A DNA stretch of 64,000 bases from an uncultured bacterium (GTDB taxonomy: Bacteria; UBP14; UBA6098; B30-G16): the NCBI GenBank assembly GCA_965552135.1, contig CBEVQY010000005.1:1-64000 (forward strand), in the 5' to 3' direction. Position numbers and translations under genes: made by a program. This document shows, one piece after another, positions 37,918 through 48,038 of this stretch. Positions within the stretch are counted from its first letter, which is position 1; every line of letters starts with the position of its first letter. The notes under the pieces are model-generated. The model was not told the origin of the DNA, ran no database searches, and was given only the letters and a program-made list of their open reading frames with translations.

Positions 37918-39125
37918 CCCCGCCCCCTTTTTTCCTTTACAAGCTCAGCCACGCGCAGCAGAACCTCCCTTGCGACGACGCGCTTGTGGGCGCGCGGGAT
38001 GTGCTCCACATCGCCTGATGGGGATATGACAAAGACCTCGTTCGTTTCGGCGGCAAAGCCGCTGCCCGCCGAGACGACGTTCGCCACAACAAGGTCGAGA
38101 CCCTTTTCAAAAAGCTTTCTGCGCGCGTTTTCGACGACGTCGTCGGTCTCGAGGGCAAAGCCAACGACTATACGCTCCCCTTTCCGCTCGGCAACACGCT
38201 TGAGTATATCGGGCGTTCGCACAAGCTCAAGCGAAAGGGTTTGTGAAGTTTTTTTGATCTTGTGTGCGCTTTGGCTTTTGGGCGCGTAGTCTGCGACGGC
38301 TGCCGCCATGATGAGCACATCGGCGTCCTCGAACTCCCTCTCCACCGCCTCAAGCATTTGCCTTGCTGTTGTCACCTCGACCGTTTTTTCGACGTTCGGT
38401 GGCGCAACCGAAAGCGGACCGTGCACAAGGGTCACCTTTGCGCCCATGCGGCGCGCCACATCGGCAAGCGCAACGCCCATCCGCCCCGTCGACGGGTTCG
38501 ACAGAAAACGCACGGGATCCAAAAACTCCCTGGTGGGTCCCGCAGTTACGACGATCCTTATGCCGCGAAGGGCATCCGACTCGAAAAGCAGGCTCTCCAC
38601 AAAGCTTATGATCTGCTCCTGCTCGGGGAACCTGCCCACGCCCTCCTCGCCGCAGGCAAGCGCACCCGAAGCGGGCGACATAACGTAGTACCCAAGCTCC
38701 TCAAGGACCCTTATGTTGCGCTGCGTTGCGGGGTGTGTGAACATCTTTTCGTTCATAGCGGGCACGAAGGCAACGGGCGCCTCGGTTGCGAGCATAGCCG
38801 TCGTCAAAAACTCGTCGGCTATTCCGCACGCCGCCTTGGCGAGGACATCGGCTGTTGCGGGGGCAACGAGGAAGAGGTCTGCCCACCGCGCCCACGATAT
38901 GTGCTCGCTGGCAAAGCGTTGGGGCTCGGCGAACTGATCAACCACCACGGGGGCATCAAGCGCACAGCGGAACGTTAAGGGCGAGACGAACTTTGCGGCG
39001 TTGTGTGTCATGGCGACGCGCAGCTGTGCGCCACAGCGCAAAAGCCCCCGACCAAGCGAAACTGCCTTGTACGCCGCTATCGAACCGCAAACGCCCAAAA
39101 CTATTTTCGCTCCCGAAAGCTCCAT
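37914..39125 (-). CDS. coaBC: Bifunctional phosphopantothenoylcysteine decarboxylase/ligase
   Basis: GSIAAYK, APATA, PAMN, LACG..G.GR, TAGPTRE, AAVADY. Confidence 0.97.
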   Translation of the reverse strand: MELSGAKIVLGVCGSIAAYKAVSLGRGLLRCGAQLRVAMTHNAAKFVSPLTFRCALDAPVVVDQFAEPQRFASEHISWARWADLFLVAPATADVLAKAACGIADEFLTTAMLATEAPVAFVPAMNEKMFTHPATQRNIRVLEELGYYVMSPASGALACGEEGVGRFPEQEQIISFVESLLFESDALRGIRIVVTAGPTREFLDPVRFLSNPSTGRMGVALADVARRMGAKVTLVHGPLSVAPPNVEKTVEVTTARQMLEAVEREFEDADVLIMAAAVADYAPKSQSAHKIKKTSQTLSLELVRTPDILKRVAERKGERIVVGFALETDDVVENARRKLFEKGLDLVVANVVSAGSGFAAETNEVFVISPSGDVEHIPRAHKRVVAREVLLRVAELVKEKRGRG

Positions 39126-39129
39126 AACC

Positions 39130-40245
39130 CTAAAGGCGCAAGGGCATGATGACAGCTATGTACTCGAAGTCTTCGGGCTGGGGCAGAGGGGTTATAAGGC
39201 ACGCCGTCGACGGCGACTTCATCGCAAACCGGACCTGCTCGGTGGGGATATGCCTTAGGATCTCAAGCAGCATCTTCGCGTTGAAGCCAACCGACATAGG
39301 CTCGTTTTCGTAGTCGACGGCGAGGGCAACGCTGCCTTCGGTGCCGGCATCAAGATCAGAGGCGAAAAGCTCGAGCGAGCCCTCGGAGAAGGTGAACTTA
39401 ACGAGGCTCGTCACGGGCGTCGTCACAACCGACATAAGCCGCACAGCCCGCACAAGCTCGTCGAGGTCGGCGACCATCACAACGTCGTTCTCCAAAGGCA
39501 AAACGCGCTCGTAGTCGGGGAACTTTTCGGCTATAAGCCTCGTTTGGAAGCGGAAGTTGTCGGTCTCGAACTGAACGCTGTCCTCACCGGGCGTTATCTT
39601 CACCGTATCGACGGCGCTTTTCGAAAGTATGCTCGAAAGCTTTGCCACAGCCCGCTCGGGGATGAGCATCTCAAGGGGGCTTTCCAAACCAAGCTCCATG
39701 GGCTTTTTGACGAGGGCGAGCATGTGACCGTCGGTGGCGACCATCCGCATCTCCTGCGGGAAAAGCTGCCACAAAAGACCGCAGAGGTTTATCCTCGTTA
39801 TCTCCGAAGAGACGGCGTAGGAGGTCATCCCGATAAAGTCGGAGAGCATCTGCTTTTCAAGCTCAAACGGCAACTGAGGCGACTTCAGAAGCTCGGTAGG
39901 TGGGAAATCCTCGGATGGCATTCCAGGGAGCCTTACCTTTCGCTTTCCCTGCGAGACCACAAGAGCATACTCCTCCAGCACGAGCTCGACGTCGCCGTCG
40001 GCAAGCTCGCGCAAAACCTCCCCAAGCTTTTTGGCCGGAACCGCAAACGAACCGGGGATCGGAACCTCGGCGGGGATGGAGACATAAAGGCTCTGCTCCT
40101 TGTCCGTTCCGACGACGGTGAGGGTGTTGCCGCTTGCGGCAAGCAAAAGGTTCGCCAAAACAGGCTGCGTCGACCGCGCTGGAATAACCGCCGAAACCGC
40201 CGAAACCGCATCCGCAATATCTGACTTCGATACTATCGCCTTCAT
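39130..40245 (-). CDS. dnaN: DNA polymerase III beta clamp
   Basis: VATDGH, FPDYERV, GFNAK, C-terminal IMPLRL. Confidence 0.96.
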   Translation of the reverse strand: MKAIVSKSDIADAVSAVSAVIPARSTQPVLANLLLAASGNTLTVVGTDKEQSLYVSIPAEVPIPGSFAVPAKKLGEVLRELADGDVELVLEEYALVVSQGKRKVRLPGMPSEDFPPTELLKSPQLPFELEKQMLSDFIGMTSYAVSSEITRINLCGLLWQLFPQEMRMVATDGHMLALVKKPMELGLESPLEMLIPERAVAKLSSILSKSAVDTVKITPGEDSVQFETDNFRFQTRLIAEKFPDYERVLPLENDVVMVADLDELVRAVRLMSVVTTPVTSLVKFTFSEGSLELFASDLDAGTEGSVALAVDYENEPMSVGFNAKMLLEILRHIPTEQVRFAMKSPSTACLITPLPQPEDFEYIAVIMPLRL

Positions 40246-40287
40246 GACCCCTCCTTGGCTTGATACACACTCTCTCAAATTTTGCTT

Positions 40288-40382
40288 AACTTACAAAGCA
40301 TTCTATATCTTGTCAAACGTTTCGTTGCGGGGAAGCCCGCGCCCAAGTTTCCCCTTGCAGTGCGATGGCGAAGGGCTATAGT
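40288..40382. promoter_or_regulatory. Divergent dnaN / lysS promoters
   Basis: Minus strand TTGACA-17-TAAGTT (40316-40288); plus strand TTGCAG-16-TATAGT (40355-40382). Confidence 0.55.
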
Positions 40383-40406
40383 TTAGGAAAATCCATGTGC
40401 TGCGAT

Positions 40407-41891
40407 ATGGGGAACAAAGGCTCAAACCCGCCGTCGGACGAGCGGAGCGTCAGGCTCGCAAAGCTTACCAAGATAAGGGAGATGTCGATCGACCCCTACC
40501 CCGCACGGGTGCGCATTGATCTTTCGCTCCACGAGCTACGAAGGAACTTCGAGCTTCTCTCGGGCAGAGGCGACGTGGTAAGCGTGGCTGGAAGGGTCAT
40601 GTCCAAAAGGCTGCACGGGAAAAGCTCCTTCGCCCACATCCAGGACGGAACGGACAGATTCCAGATCTATCTCAAATACGACGTCCTCGGGGATGAGAAG
40701 TACAAGTTCTTCAAAAAGCTTGTGGACATAGGCGACTTCATCGAGGCGAGGGGGACGCTCTTCAAGACCCGCACCGGGGAGGAGACCCTTCTGGTCGAGG
40801 ACTTTCGCCTTTTGGCTAAGGCTTTGCGCCCCCTGCCCGAGAAGTGGCACGGACTCACCGACGAGGACAAAAAACTCAGGCTCCGCTACCTCGACATACT
40901 CATAAACCCGTCCACCAAGGAGCGCTTCATCAAGCGTGCGAGGGTTATAAGCTCGATACGCGAGTACCTCGACGCGCGCGGCTTCGTGGAGGTGGAAACA
41001 CCTATCCTGCAGCCGATATACGGCGGCGCAAGCGCAAGACCATTCGAAACTCACCTGAACGCGCTGGATATGAAGCTCTACCTGCGCATCGCAACTGAGC
41101 TCTACCTCAAGCGCCTCATCGTGGGCGGGATGGACAGGGTGTACGAAATCGGCAAAAACTTTCGCAACGAAGGCATAGACAGGATGCACAACCCGGAGTT
41201 TACGGCGATGGAGGTTTATCAGGCTTACGCCGACTACACCGACATGATGGCTCTTGCGGAGGGTCTTTTGCGCCACACGGCGGAGGCGGTCTGCGGCAGC
41301 CTGCAGATAAGCTACCAAGGCGTTTCAACTGATCTTGCCGCACCGTTTGCGCGGATAAGCTTTTGGGACGCGATGCGCGACCGCACGGGCGTGGACCTAT
41401 CGAACGCCTCCGCGGAGGAAATCGCCGACTACCTCCGCTCGCAGAACATCGAGTTCGACGAGTCTCTGCCAAGATACGCACTCATCGACGAGGTATTCAA
41501 GGAGAAGGTCGAAAGAACACTTGTGGAGCCGACCTTCGTCGTCGACTACCCCGTCGAGCTTTCGCCACTGGCGAAGAGGAAACCCGGGGATGAGAGACTC
41601 GTGGAGCGCTTCGAGCTCTTCTGGTACGGGATGGAGATCGCCAACGCCTTCACCGAGCTTAACGATCCCCTTGAGCAGCGGGAGCGCTTCGAGGAGCAGA
41701 TGGAGCGCCGCGCCAAAGGGGACCCCGAGGCACAGGTCCTCGACGAAGACTTCCTCAGGGCGCTGGAGTACGGTATGCCACCCTGCGGCGGCATGGGAAT
41801 CGGCATCGACAGACTCACGATGATCCTAACAGACAGCTACGCGGTAAGGGACGTGATACTTTTCCCCCTGCTCAGACCAAGCGACCAATAA
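40407..41891 (+). CDS. lysS: Lysine--tRNA ligase (class II)
   Basis: LPEKWHGL, LRIATELYLKRL, FRNEG, GMPPCGGMGIGIDRL; start codon uncertain. Confidence 0.98.
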   Translation: MGNKGSNPPSDERSVRLAKLTKIREMSIDPYPARVRIDLSLHELRRNFELLSGRGDVVSVAGRVMSKRLHGKSSFAHIQDGTDRFQIYLKYDVLGDEKYKFFKKLVDIGDFIEARGTLFKTRTGEETLLVEDFRLLAKALRPLPEKWHGLTDEDKKLRLRYLDILINPSTKERFIKRARVISSIREYLDARGFVEVETPILQPIYGGASARPFETHLNALDMKLYLRIATELYLKRLIVGGMDRVYEIGKNFRNEGIDRMHNPEFTAMEVYQAYADYTDMMALAEGLLRHTAEAVCGSLQISYQGVSTDLAAPFARISFWDAMRDRTGVDLSNASAEEIADYLRSQNIEFDESLPRYALIDEVFKEKVERTLVEPTFVVDYPVELSPLAKRKPGDERLVERFELFWYGMEIANAFTELNDPLEQRERFEEQMERRAKGDPEAQVLDEDFLRALEYGMPPCGGMGIGIDRLTMILTDSYAVRDVILFPLLRPSDQ

Positions 41892-41969
41892 TTTTTGAGT
41901 TGACCGAATCCGCTGAGGTGAATTTTTTGTGAAAGCTTCTTAATAAGTTGCAGCAAAAAAGGAGGGGTA

Positions 41970-44051
41970 ATGCGCAGACTCTGTGCGTTAGCGCTCGCAC
42001 TTGCCATATCAGGCGCCCTCTGGGGCGAGCAGGTGAAGCAGAAGTTCGGGGTTGGACTGGGCTTTGGCCTTCAGAGAACGATAAACGCCGACATATACCT
42101 GACAACCGAATACGCCTACAGCGCCGACCTGCGCTTTGGTCTTACAAACGACCTCGAGATCGGACTCGCCTTCACCTACGAATACAACCACATAGCCTAC
42201 AACATGAGCCGCTACTTCTGCCCCATCACCTACTCGGGGGAAACGACCCCCAGCCCCGACTTCCCCTGGTGGCGAATGGGGATATGGGACCAACCCTGGG
42301 ACGAGAAAATAGAGTGGAAAAAGTTCATCATAAGCGGCAAGTCGGACGAGCTTCCGATAAAGTTCACCTATATGCCGATGGAGCTTTTCCTCAAGTTCCG
42401 CTCCCTTTCGAAGACGATCTTCAACCCCTACATAGTAGGCGGCTTTGGGATGATAATGTGGCGCGCCCAGCACGCCGAAAGCGGCGAGGACCTCGACGTC
42501 TTCTGGTACGAGGACTACTACGACACCACAAGCGGCGGCGAGTGGAGACCTTTTAAGGCAACGCAGCTCAGCCTCCTTCTGGGGCTTGGTGTGGAGCTTT
42601 TCCCGATCTCGAACGTCGGGATAGACGTTGGTGTCAGGGCGAGGTACCTCGTTCCCAACGAGTTCGTCGACCAGGTGACCGACACGATGCGCGGCGACGC
42701 ACAACTTATGGCACGAATCAACTTCTACTACGGCGGCGTCAAGGACAGCGACAAAGACGGCGTCGTCGACAGCAGGGACAGGTGCCCCGACACGCCCTTC
42801 GGCGCCATAGTCGACGAGTTTGGATGCCCGATGGACAGCGACCAGGACGGCGTTCCTGACGGGCTTGATATGTGCCCCAACACGCCGCTTGGCGCTATAG
42901 TCGACGCCACGGGCTGCACCTCCGACGAGGACGGCGACGGCGTCCCTGACGGCATCGACAAATGCCCCGGCACACCGTACGGAGCACCGGTTAATCCCGA
43001 AGACGGTTGCCCACTCGATACCGACGGCGACAAAGTCCCCGACTACCAGGACGCATGCCCCAACACCCCCAAGGGCGCCTACGTCGATGCCAACGGCTGC
43101 CCCTTCGACAGCGACATGGACGGCGTATACGACGGCATAGACAAATGCCCAAATACCCCTCCGAACACGCCTGTGAACGAGTTTGGATGTGAGCGGGCGA
43201 AAGCCGACAGCGACGGCGACGGCGTTCCCGACGACAGAGACAGATGCCCCGGCACTCCCCCGGGCGCGGTTGTGGACGAGACCGGCTGCCCAATCGACTC
43301 CGACGGCGACGGAATACCCGACTACAAGGATGCATGCCCGAGAACGCCGCCCAACGCCGAGGTCGACCTCAACGGCTGCCCACTCGACGACGACAACGAC
43401 GGCGTCTACAACGGCATCGACAAATGCCCAAACACCCCGCTTGGCGCCATAGTCGACCAATACGGCTGCGCCAAAGACTCCGACAAAGACGGCGTTCCCG
43501 ACGGCATAGACCAATGCCCAAGAACCCCACTGCACGCCGAGGTCGACGCCAAAGGCTGCCCCAAGGACTCCGACGGCGACGGAGTATACGACGGAATAGA
43601 CAGATGCCCCAAAACCCCTAAGGGCGTTCCCGTCGACACCGTGGGATGCCCCAAGGCACCCAAACTCAAAAAGGGTGAGTCGGTGACGGTGAGGATCCAC
43701 TTCGACGTCTGCTCGTGGGACATATCGGAGCAGGAGGCGATAAAGCTGCAGGACGGTCTCAACATGCTGCGGGCGTATCCCGACATGGTCGTCGTGATCG
43801 AAGGTCACACCGACAACCAGAAGATAGGACCTGCCTGCAGGCAGAAAGGGGTTAAGGACAACGTTGAGCTTTCCTTCAAGCGCGCCGAGGCGGTAAGGCA
43901 GTGGTTCATCGACCACGGGATCGAGCCCTCGCGCCTCCAGGTCAAAGGATACGGCGACACCAGACCCGTAGCGCCAAACGATACGCCCGAAGGTCGCGCC
44001 AAAAACAGAAGAATCGAGCTTAGGTGCATCGAAAACTGCCCCGGAGAGTAA
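41970..44051 (+). CDS. OmpA family protein: beta-barrel, 10 TSP3-like repeats, peptidoglycan-binding domain
   Basis: Signal peptide; EGHTD, LSFKRAEAV, NRRIE. Confidence 0.93.
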   Translation: MRRLCALALALAISGALWGEQVKQKFGVGLGFGLQRTINADIYLTTEYAYSADLRFGLTNDLEIGLAFTYEYNHIAYNMSRYFCPITYSGETTPSPDFPWWRMGIWDQPWDEKIEWKKFIISGKSDELPIKFTYMPMELFLKFRSLSKTIFNPYIVGGFGMIMWRAQHAESGEDLDVFWYEDYYDTTSGGEWRPFKATQLSLLLGLGVELFPISNVGIDVGVRARYLVPNEFVDQVTDTMRGDAQLMARINFYYGGVKDSDKDGVVDSRDRCPDTPFGAIVDEFGCPMDSDQDGVPDGLDMCPNTPLGAIVDATGCTSDEDGDGVPDGIDKCPGTPYGAPVNPEDGCPLDTDGDKVPDYQDACPNTPKGAYVDANGCPFDSDMDGVYDGIDKCPNTPPNTPVNEFGCERAKADSDGDGVPDDRDRCPGTPPGAVVDETGCPIDSDGDGIPDYKDACPRTPPNAEVDLNGCPLDDDNDGVYNGIDKCPNTPLGAIVDQYGCAKDSDKDGVPDGIDQCPRTPLHAEVDAKGCPKDSDGDGVYDGIDRCPKTPKGVPVDTVGCPKAPKLKKGESVTVRIHFDVCSWDISEQEAIKLQDGLNMLRAYPDMVVVIEGHTDNQKIGPACRQKGVKDNVELSFKRAEAVRQWFIDHGIEPSRLQVKGYGDTRPVAPNDTPEGRAKNRRIELRCIENCPGE
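42744..43655 (+). repeat. Ten tandem ~90-bp (30-aa) Ca-binding repeats inside ompA
   Basis: DxDxDGVxDxxDxCPxTPxxxxVDxxGC, counted 10 times. Confidence 0.93.
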
Positions 44052-44103
44052 AAACAAAAAGGACGGGAGGAGTTCGGGAAAAGCCACAGGGAGGGAGAGC
44101 GTT

Positions 44104-45468
44104 ATGATATCACGCTACACACGCCCCCAGATGGGCAGGATCTGGAGCGATGAGATGCGCTATAAAAAATGGCTTGAGGTGGAGCTCGCCGTCTGCGAGG
44201 CTTGGGCAGAGCTCGAGGAGATCCCACCCGAGATTGTGGATCACATAAAGAAAAACGCATCGTTCAGGCTTTCGGACATACGCAAGGCTGAGGAGCGCAC
44301 GCGCCACGAGGTCGTCGCCTTCCTAAACGTCCTACAGGAGCGGGTTGGCGAAGACGCAGCGCGGTGGATCCACTTCGGACTCACATCAGCAGACGTTATG
44401 GACACCGGGCTCGCACTCCAGCTCCGCGACGCAGGAAGCATAATCGAAAAAGACATAGACGCCCTCATGGCGACGATAAAGTCGCTTGCGAACAAGTACA
44501 AATACACTCCGATAATAGGCAGAACGCACGGAATGCACGCCGAACCCACCACCTTCGGGCTGAAACTTGCCGGCTGGTACGACGAGATGGCGCGCAACAA
44601 GAGGCGCTTCCTCGCCGCCCTCGACGACGTCTTGGTGGGGAAGATATCGGGCGCAGTGGGCAACTTCGCCCACATCGAGCCCGAGGTCGAGGAGATAGTG
44701 ATGAAAAAGCTTGGGCTTAGGCCCGAGCCCGCGGCGTCGCAGGTCGTGCACCGCGACAGACACGCAAACTTCATAGCCTCGCTGGCTCTAATAGCCTGCT
44801 CGCTGGAACGCTTCGCAACGGAGATAAGACACCTCCAGCGCACCGAGGTGGGCGAAGTCGAAGAACCGTTTACCGCAACACAACAGGGCTCATCCGCCAT
44901 GCCGCACAAGAAAAACCCCATCCAGTGCGAACAGATATGCGGGCTGGCAAGACTTATGAGGTCCTACGTCGTGGCGGCTATGGAGAACATCCCCCTCTGG
45001 CACGAAAGGGACATATCACACTCCTCCGTCGAGCGCAACATAATCCCCGACGCAACGATCCTCGCAGACTACATGCTAAACAAGATGAACGAAATCCTCT
45101 CGGGGCTCGTCGTCCACCCGGACAGGATGAGAAAGAACATCGACCTCACAGAGGGGCACATCTACAGCCAAAGGCTTATGCTCAGGCTCATAAAGGCAGG
45201 GGTTCCGCGGCAGAAAGCCCACCTTATGATCCAGGGCAAGATAATGTCTGCGTCGAAGCGGAAGGGCGAGAATTTTAAGCAGCAGGTGATAAGGGACGGC
45301 GAGATAAGACGCTACCTTTCGCTCGAGGAGATAGAAGCCCTCTTCGACCTCGACGTCTACATCCGCTACGTCGACCACATCTTCAAGCGCGTCTTCCCCA
45401 AGGAGGATAAGGCGAGACAAAACGCAGCCAAAAGCGGCAAGAAGAGCAACAAAAAAGCCAAAAGGTAA
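44104..45468 (+). CDS. purB: Adenylosuccinate lyase
   Basis: HFGLTS, GRTHG, GSSAMPHKKNP, ERDISHSS. Confidence 0.97.
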   Translation: MISRYTRPQMGRIWSDEMRYKKWLEVELAVCEAWAELEEIPPEIVDHIKKNASFRLSDIRKAEERTRHEVVAFLNVLQERVGEDAARWIHFGLTSADVMDTGLALQLRDAGSIIEKDIDALMATIKSLANKYKYTPIIGRTHGMHAEPTTFGLKLAGWYDEMARNKRRFLAALDDVLVGKISGAVGNFAHIEPEVEEIVMKKLGLRPEPAASQVVHRDRHANFIASLALIACSLERFATEIRHLQRTEVGEVEEPFTATQQGSSAMPHKKNPIQCEQICGLARLMRSYVVAAMENIPLWHERDISHSSVERNIIPDATILADYMLNKMNEILSGLVVHPDRMRKNIDLTEGHIYSQRLMLRLIKAGVPRQKAHLMIQGKIMSASKRKGENFKQQVIRDGEIRRYLSLEEIEALFDLDVYIRYVDHIFKRVFPKEDKARQNAAKSGKKSNKKAKR

Positions 45469-45471
45469 AAG

Positions 45472-46620
45472 ATGTCCAAAAGAAGCTACGACGTTGCGAT
45501 AATAGGCGGCGGCATAGTTGGCAGCGCCATCGCCTACGAGCTCTGCAAGCTGGGGATAAAGGACGTCGTTGTATTCGAGAAAAGCTACATCTCCTCGGGC
45601 TCCACTGGGCGCTGCGGCGCAGGCGTGCGACAACAGTGGGGGCTTAAGCTAAACGCGCTTTTGGCTAAAAAAAGCGTCGAAATCTTCGAGAACCTCTCCG
45701 AAGAGCTTGGGATGGACATAGAGTTCAGGCAGGGCGGATACCTTGTCCTCGCACACAACGAGCGCCAGGTGGAGCAGTTTAGGAAGAACATCGAGCTCCA
45801 AAACTCGCTGGGGATACCGTCTCGCTTTGTGAGCAAAGAGGAGGCGAAGGAGATCTGCCCACCCCTGAACCTCGACGCCTTTGTGGCGGCTACATTCTGC
45901 CCAACCGACGGACACGCGAACCCCTTCCTCACGAACTTCGCCTACATCCGCGCAGCCAGGCGCCTTGGCGCAACCGTTATGACGCACACCGAGGTCGTCG
46001 GCATCGACACGGAGGGCGGCAAGGTCACCGGCGTGCGGCTGCAAAGCGGGGAAAGGATTTCCGCCCCCATCGTCGTAAACGCCGCAGGACCGTGGGCGAA
46101 GGAAGTGGCGCAGATGACAGGCGTCGATATCCCCGTCTTCCCCGAAAGACATCAGATCCTCGTCACAGAGCCCCTCGAGCCGATGTTCGAGACGATGGTC
46201 ATATCGTTCCAGATCGGGATATACCTCCAGCAGGTTCCGCACGGAAGCTTCGTTATGGGGATAGGCGAGAAGGAGGAGCCGTCGCACAACATCTCAAGCA
46301 GCTGGCAGTTTTTGGAGCACATCACGGGCGAGCTATTAAGACTTTTGCCCGTTATGGCGAACGTCCGCATAGTCCGCCAGTGGGCGGGCTCGTACACCAA
46401 AACCCCCGATGCCGCCCCCATCCTGGGCGAGCACCCCGACGTGAAGGGATTCTTCCAGGCTGTGGGCTTTTCGGGACACGGCTTTATGGTCGCGCCGATG
46501 ACGGCAAGGTGCATGGCGAAGCTCATCGCAGGCGAAACGCCCGAGATAGATATCTCCCCCCTCTCCATCGAGCGCTTTGAGCGAGGCGAGCTTGTGGTCG
46601 AACCAAGCGTTGTGGGATAA
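45472..46620 (+). CDS. FAD-dependent oxidoreductase, sarcosine oxidase beta/proline dehydrogenase-like
   Basis: GGGIVG, SGSTGRCGAGVRQQW, NAAGPW, GFSGHGFM, EPSVVG. Confidence 0.9.
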   Translation: MSKRSYDVAIIGGGIVGSAIAYELCKLGIKDVVVFEKSYISSGSTGRCGAGVRQQWGLKLNALLAKKSVEIFENLSEELGMDIEFRQGGYLVLAHNERQVEQFRKNIELQNSLGIPSRFVSKEEAKEICPPLNLDAFVAATFCPTDGHANPFLTNFAYIRAARRLGATVMTHTEVVGIDTEGGKVTGVRLQSGERISAPIVVNAAGPWAKEVAQMTGVDIPVFPERHQILVTEPLEPMFETMVISFQIGIYLQQVPHGSFVMGIGEKEEPSHNISSSWQFLEHITGELLRLLPVMANVRIVRQWAGSYTKTPDAAPILGEHPDVKGFFQAVGFSGHGFMVAPMTARCMAKLIAGETPEIDISPLSIERFERGELVVEPSVVG

Positions 46621-46649
46621 GCCGGAAAGCGCGAATCGACGCCCGCAAC

Positions 46650-47777
46650 CTACGCCCCCACCCCAAAGAGCTCATCGAGCTTGAACAGGAGCCTGTCCTT
46701 CTGCCTCGCCTCAAGCCTTGCCCGCTCGATGGCGCGCCTGAGGGTCTCGATTGTAAAGTCGTAGGTCCTCCTGTCGACGGGATATGGGTGACCGTCCTTT
46801 CCGCCGTGGGCGAAGGAGAAACGCGCGGGGTCCTCGAAGGACGGAGGCTTTCCGTAAAGGAGCTCCGAAAGCAGCGCCAAGGCGCGCACCGCGGCAGGTC
46901 CAACGCCGCGCATCCCCAAAAGCTCCTCGTAGCTTTGGGGCGCACGCTCGTAGGTGCGAAGAAAGATCCGCTCAAGCCTCTGAGGCGATATGTCGGACAG
47001 GGATATAAAGTGCCTTCTTGGCATCACAAGGCGCCTTTGCGGCAGATCAAAAAGCGTTGGGCGCCCCTCCAGGATCCTCTTGGCTTTCACGAGCTCGGCG
47101 ACGATCCTTTGCGGCGGCTCATTCGCAAGCTCGACGGAGCACGCCCTCGCCCCCGCCGATGCGCGCGCAGTCATATCGAGCGCAATCCCAACGCGCTGCG
47201 AAGCTATCCCGCTGTGCGGCTCCTCAACAAAGCTCCTAACACCCTCCGAAAGCCAGTGATAGCGCCTGGCAAAACCCGTCCGCTCGTTCATCCCCTGCTG
47301 CACAACCGCCCACTTGCCGTCGGGCGTGAAGACTATGGTGTGGTGATAGATCTGATATCCGTCCTGCAGCGCCGCCGTGTCGACCTTGGCGGACATCCTG
47401 CTTGCGTAAACTATGGGCTCGGGCTCGAAGCCGAGCCTGTCGGCAGCCTGAACGATCTCCGCGGGCGTCCTGCGCGAAACCCTGCCCTTCCCCCCCGCAA
47501 CCACAAGACCAAGCTCGCCCTCTGCGCCCGCAAGCGCCTCCTTGAGCGCGCCCATCACAGTGGTCGTAAGCCCCGAGGAGTGCCAGTCGAAACCGAGGAT
47601 GCATCCGAACGCCTGAAACCAGAACGGATCGGCAAGCCTGCGCAGAACCTCATCCCTGCCGAACTCGATGACGAGCGCCTCCACGACAGCGCGCGAAAGC
47701 CTCACCATCCGCTCGAAGAGCCAACGCGGCGCCCGACCACCGTGAAGCGGCAAATCGGCTGTGCCCGTGCGACGCAT
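46650..47777 (-). CDS. DUF763 family protein
   Basis: LPLHGG, DWHSSGLTT, SAKVD..LQDG, VVQQGM, FAHGGKDGHPYP. Confidence 0.92.
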   Translation of the reverse strand: MRRTGTADLPLHGGRAPRWLFERMVRLSRAVVEALVIEFGRDEVLRRLADPFWFQAFGCILGFDWHSSGLTTTVMGALKEALAGAEGELGLVVAGGKGRVSRRTPAEIVQAADRLGFEPEPIVYASRMSAKVDTAALQDGYQIYHHTIVFTPDGKWAVVQQGMNERTGFARRYHWLSEGVRSFVEEPHSGIASQRVGIALDMTARASAGARACSVELANEPPQRIVAELVKAKRILEGRPTLFDLPQRRLVMPRRHFISLSDISPQRLERIFLRTYERAPQSYEELLGMRGVGPAAVRALALLSELLYGKPPSFEDPARFSFAHGGKDGHPYPVDRRTYDFTIETLRRAIERARLEARQKDRLLFKLDELFGVGA

Positions 47778-48038
47778 AGAACCTGCCTTACTCAACTCTG
47801 ACTTAACGTAGCTCAGCGCACTTTACAAACAACCACCAAAGCTTCGAAGGAAAAGGAAATATAAAACGCTGCAATAAAATACCACAACTTTATGATTAAA
47901 CACGAGGATAACCGATGAAAACGGCAAGAACGGATAATCACTTAACTTCCTGTTATAAGGTTAAGCGCATTAACTACCACAAGACCACGCGGATAGCATT
48001 GAGAGCCGATTGACGCTATATTTAGCAAACCCAACATC

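Noticed and set aside
42744..43655. CRISPR array or DGR-like repeats
   Set aside because: In-frame degenerate protein repeats; no identical repeats with spacers and no cas or RT gene.
42009..44087. 692-aa minus-strand ORF
   Set aside because: Antisense shadow of the repetitive ompA gene; no motifs.
47940..47966. dif (XerCD) site
   Set aside because: Arm spacing and sequence fit the 11-6-11 consensus poorly.
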